From the NCBI GenBank assembly GCA_964514495.1, contig CAZERL010000001.1:1-44191 (forward strand): a stretch of DNA of 44,191 bases, written 5' to 3'. The notes beneath the pieces were generated by a model. That model was not told the DNA's origin and did no database searches. It saw only the letters and a list, made by a program, of their open reading frames with translations. A program made the position numbers and the translations under genes. This stretch comes from an uncultured archaeon (GTDB taxonomy: Archaea > Aenigmatarchaeota > Aenigmatarchaeia > CG10238-14 > SCSR01). This document shows, piece by piece, positions 42,560 to 44,191 of the stretch (positions are counted from its first letter, which is position 1; every line of letters starts with the position of its first letter).

Positions 42560-43679
42560 AAGATCTTATAATAGGGATTCCGAGGATGTTGAAAAGGAAC
42601 AGGATGGCTACGGCGATTGAAATGAATTTCATTAGCTTCTTGCTTCTGTCACCAAAATATTTCTTGAGTATTTCTTCGTAGAACAGGCCGCCATCGAGCG
42701 GTTTTATAGGCAGCATGTTGGCCATGCCAACGCCTAGGTTAAGTATGTGCAGCCATACTATCAACCCATAGAACCAGTCAATAGGAACCTTATACAGTTT
42801 TATTTCATCTTTTACGTCAACATCAGTCGACGCATTGCTTATTCCTATATAGGAGCCTAACTGGTCATCAGGTCTACTTACAGTTTCAAGTGTGAATTTG
42901 CCTTCCGTTGTTATTATCCGCAGTTCAGTTCCGGGTTCAGTCTCGTTCAGAATTTTTGACAAATCTTGTATAGTCTTTACAGATTTATCATTTATCGTAG
43001 TTATAATGCCGTTTAAGCCAACTTTGTTTGCTGGCATGTCTTCAACTGTCCCGGCAAATACTACGCCTTTTGTTTCATAGATGCTGAAAAATAAGCCAAC
43101 TGCAACCGCTAAAAACAGCAAACCTAGAAAGATGTTGATGAAACTGCCGGATGAAAGGAGTCTCAATTTTTTGAGCGTGCTTAGTTTTTTTATCTGCTTT
43201 TCGTCAGGGTCTACGAATGCGCCTATTGGCAATACAAGAAATGTAATCAAGCCATAGCTCTTTATCCTGACCTTATCTAATCTAGCGAATATGCCATGCA
43301 TGCTTTCGTGGACAAATACTATGACAAAAACTCCTATCACCCAGTACCAGAATGGAACGCCTATGATTGGGGCAGGATAAGAAATACCTGAAACAGAGGG
43401 CAGAGCCAATGCAAACGCTTGCTGGAACTTGAGACTGAATTGAAGAATGTAAAAAATCGATAGGATTGTTGCCAATATACCTACTACAATCGACAGGATT
43501 CCTATTGCAGGCAAGATTTTCCTATACTTGTTGGCGATTACATCTAAGATTTCCTTTCCACGCTTCCAGCGGATTATCGAAATGCCGCCTTTGTATGTGA
43601 TGTGTTTCTTGTTTTTCAGAAGATAGAGACCTATTAATGCAAAAAATATCAGCAAGGATATGATTTCTAAGCTTACCAT
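42549..43679 (-). CDS. Site-2 protease family (M50) membrane metalloprotease with PDZ domain
   Basis: 376 aa. HESMHGIFA (HExxH within a TM helix), an internal PDZ-like segment (GTVEDMPANKVGLNGIITTINDKSV) and MLPIKPLDGG. Confidence 0.85.
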   Translation of the reverse strand: MVSLEIISLLIFFALIGLYLLKNKKHITYKGGISIIRWKRGKEILDVIANKYRKILPAIGILSIVVGILATILSIFYILQFSLKFQQAFALALPSVSGISYPAPIIGVPFWYWVIGVFVIVFVHESMHGIFARLDKVRIKSYGLITFLVLPIGAFVDPDEKQIKKLSTLKKLRLLSSGSFINIFLGLLFLAVAVGLFFSIYETKGVVFAGTVEDMPANKVGLNGIITTINDKSVKTIQDLSKILNETEPGTELRIITTEGKFTLETVSRPDDQLGSYIGISNASTDVDVKDEIKLYKVPIDWFYGLIVWLHILNLGVGMANMLPIKPLDGGLFYEEILKKYFGDRSKKLMKFISIAVAILFLFNILGIPIIRSFMK

Positions 43680-43705
43680 TTACATCATTAGGATTTTTTT
43701 ATTTA

Positions 43706-44107
43706 TTAGTGTGTACGGATATTGAATTTACCTTTTATTTTATTAAAAATCCAAATTAAGCTACTGATTATAAAATACCACCATGCAAATAAACTTAATA
43801 CAGCAATTAAAAATGACAAAAGCGATTGATTAAATAAAAAATACAGAAAAACAAAGAGAGCAGGAAGCGATAAAATCGAAAGAACATCCAAATCTATTGT
43901 TTCTGACAAATTATGATAAATCAAAAACGGATATAGAATAGGGTTTATAGAACTATCACAATACCATGGAGAATATGTCGGCAATTCCTCTAACATGCTA
44001 ATACTTTCACAATAACCAGCTACCTGCACAAGAGTGACTAAACCTGTAAAAATTATTGAAATTATTATCTTTTCTTTTGAAAGTTTCAAAAACTTTTTCA
44101 AAACCAT
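43706..44107 (-). CDS. Hypothetical membrane protein
   Basis: 133-aa ORF with 3-4 hydrophobic helices. It is very AT-rich and I recognise no family. Confidence 0.45.
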   Translation of the reverse strand: MVLKKFLKLSKEKIIISIIFTGLVTLVQVAGYCESISMLEELPTYSPWYCDSSINPILYPFLIYHNLSETIDLDVLSILSLPALFVFLYFLFNQSLLSFLIAVLSLFAWWYFIISSLIWIFNKIKGKFNIRTH

Positions 44108-44138
44108 AATTTTAATTATCTTCTAATAAAAATAAAGA

Positions 44139-44191
44139 TGCAGGGGGTGAGATTTGAACTCACGAAGGTACTAAACCACTAGCTCCTGAAG
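44139..44191 (-). tRNA. tRNA-Leu (probable anticodon CAG), 3' two-thirds only; the 5' part lies beyond the window edge
   Basis: The reverse complement reads c-TT-CAG-GA-gctag / long variable arm tggtttagtaccttc / T arm GTGAG-TTCAAAT-CTCAC / acceptor CCCCTGC / discriminator A. The long variable arm, G37, A73 and an implied GCAGGGG 5' end fit archaeal tRNA-Leu. Confidence 0.75.

Noticed and set aside
44139-44191. Reading the truncated terminal tRNA as tRNA-Sec. The anticodon loop could be phased as CT-TCA-GG, giving anticodon UCA with a long variable arm.
   Set aside because: The alternative phasing TT-CAG-GA gives Leu(CAG). That reading fits G37, the A73 discriminator and the GCAGGGG-type acceptor end typical of archaeal tRNA-Leu. 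It also allows position 31 (C) to pair with position 39 (G). The 5' half is outside the window, so the 9/4 Sec architecture cannot be tested.
1-44191. I searched for CRISPR arrays, long direct or inverted repeats, integrase/transposase genes, toxin-antitoxin pairs and known defence genes.
   Set aside because: I found no regularly spaced repeats, and no ORF has recombinase, nuclease-defence or TA-like motifs. Apart from composition there is no mobility signature, although the tRNA adjacency of the island is suggestive.

Overview
Low-GC archaeal DNA. The archaeal call rests on an HMf-type histone, RadA, an RPA-like OB-fold protein, AglB/STT3, a stand-alone Bud32 kinase and ribosomal proteins S15 and S3Ae. 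Both GGTG Shine-Dalgarno-led starts and leaderless-looking starts occur. I cannot assign a lineage from sequence alone.

Positions 1-37.9 kb form one very dense protein/lipid glycosylation island. It starts 15 nt after a tRNA-Thr and ends with aglB. It encodes:
- an Alg7-type GlcNAc-1-P transferase (AglH-like) and a split Alg14/Alg13-like transferase
- six GT2 enzymes (one Dpm1-like) and four GT4 enzymes
- a Wzx-type flippase
- two PMT/ArnT-like GT-C enzymes in addition to AglB
- sugar-nucleotide tailoring genes: an RfbH/ColD-like 3-dehydratase with His replacing the PLP lysine, a FnlA/CapE-type UDP-GlcNAc 4,6-dehydratase plus an RmlD-like reductase, a UXS-like decarboxylase, a nucleotide-sugar dehydrogenase, a cupin, several SDRs and a TylC3-like C-methyltransferase
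- decoration genes: a NodU/CmcH/SxtI-type carbamoyltransferase with an SxtJ-like partner, two SAM methyltransferases, a membrane-anchored SGNH protein and a B12-binding radical SAM enzyme

The island consists of strictly alternating transcription blocks, and its convergent gene ends overlap or abut. Positions 37.9-44.2 kb are housekeeping: histone, RPA-like, radA, Bud32, S15, S3Ae, an M50 protease and membrane proteins. The window ends in a truncated tRNA-Leu. I saw no CRISPR array, integrase, transposase or obvious defence genes.

The most interesting items are:
- the radical-SAM/GT2/GT4 block
- the SxtI/J/K-like carbamoylation module, where the adjacent SxtK/DUF5989 copy has decayed and an intact orphan copy is coupled to a methyltransferase and an SGNH protein
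- an otherwise intact SDR gene with no canonical start codon
- the eukaryote-like Alg7 + Alg14/13 + Dpm1 + PMT-like + STT3 toolkit
- a visibly AT-richer sub-cassette at 12.3-17.5 kb
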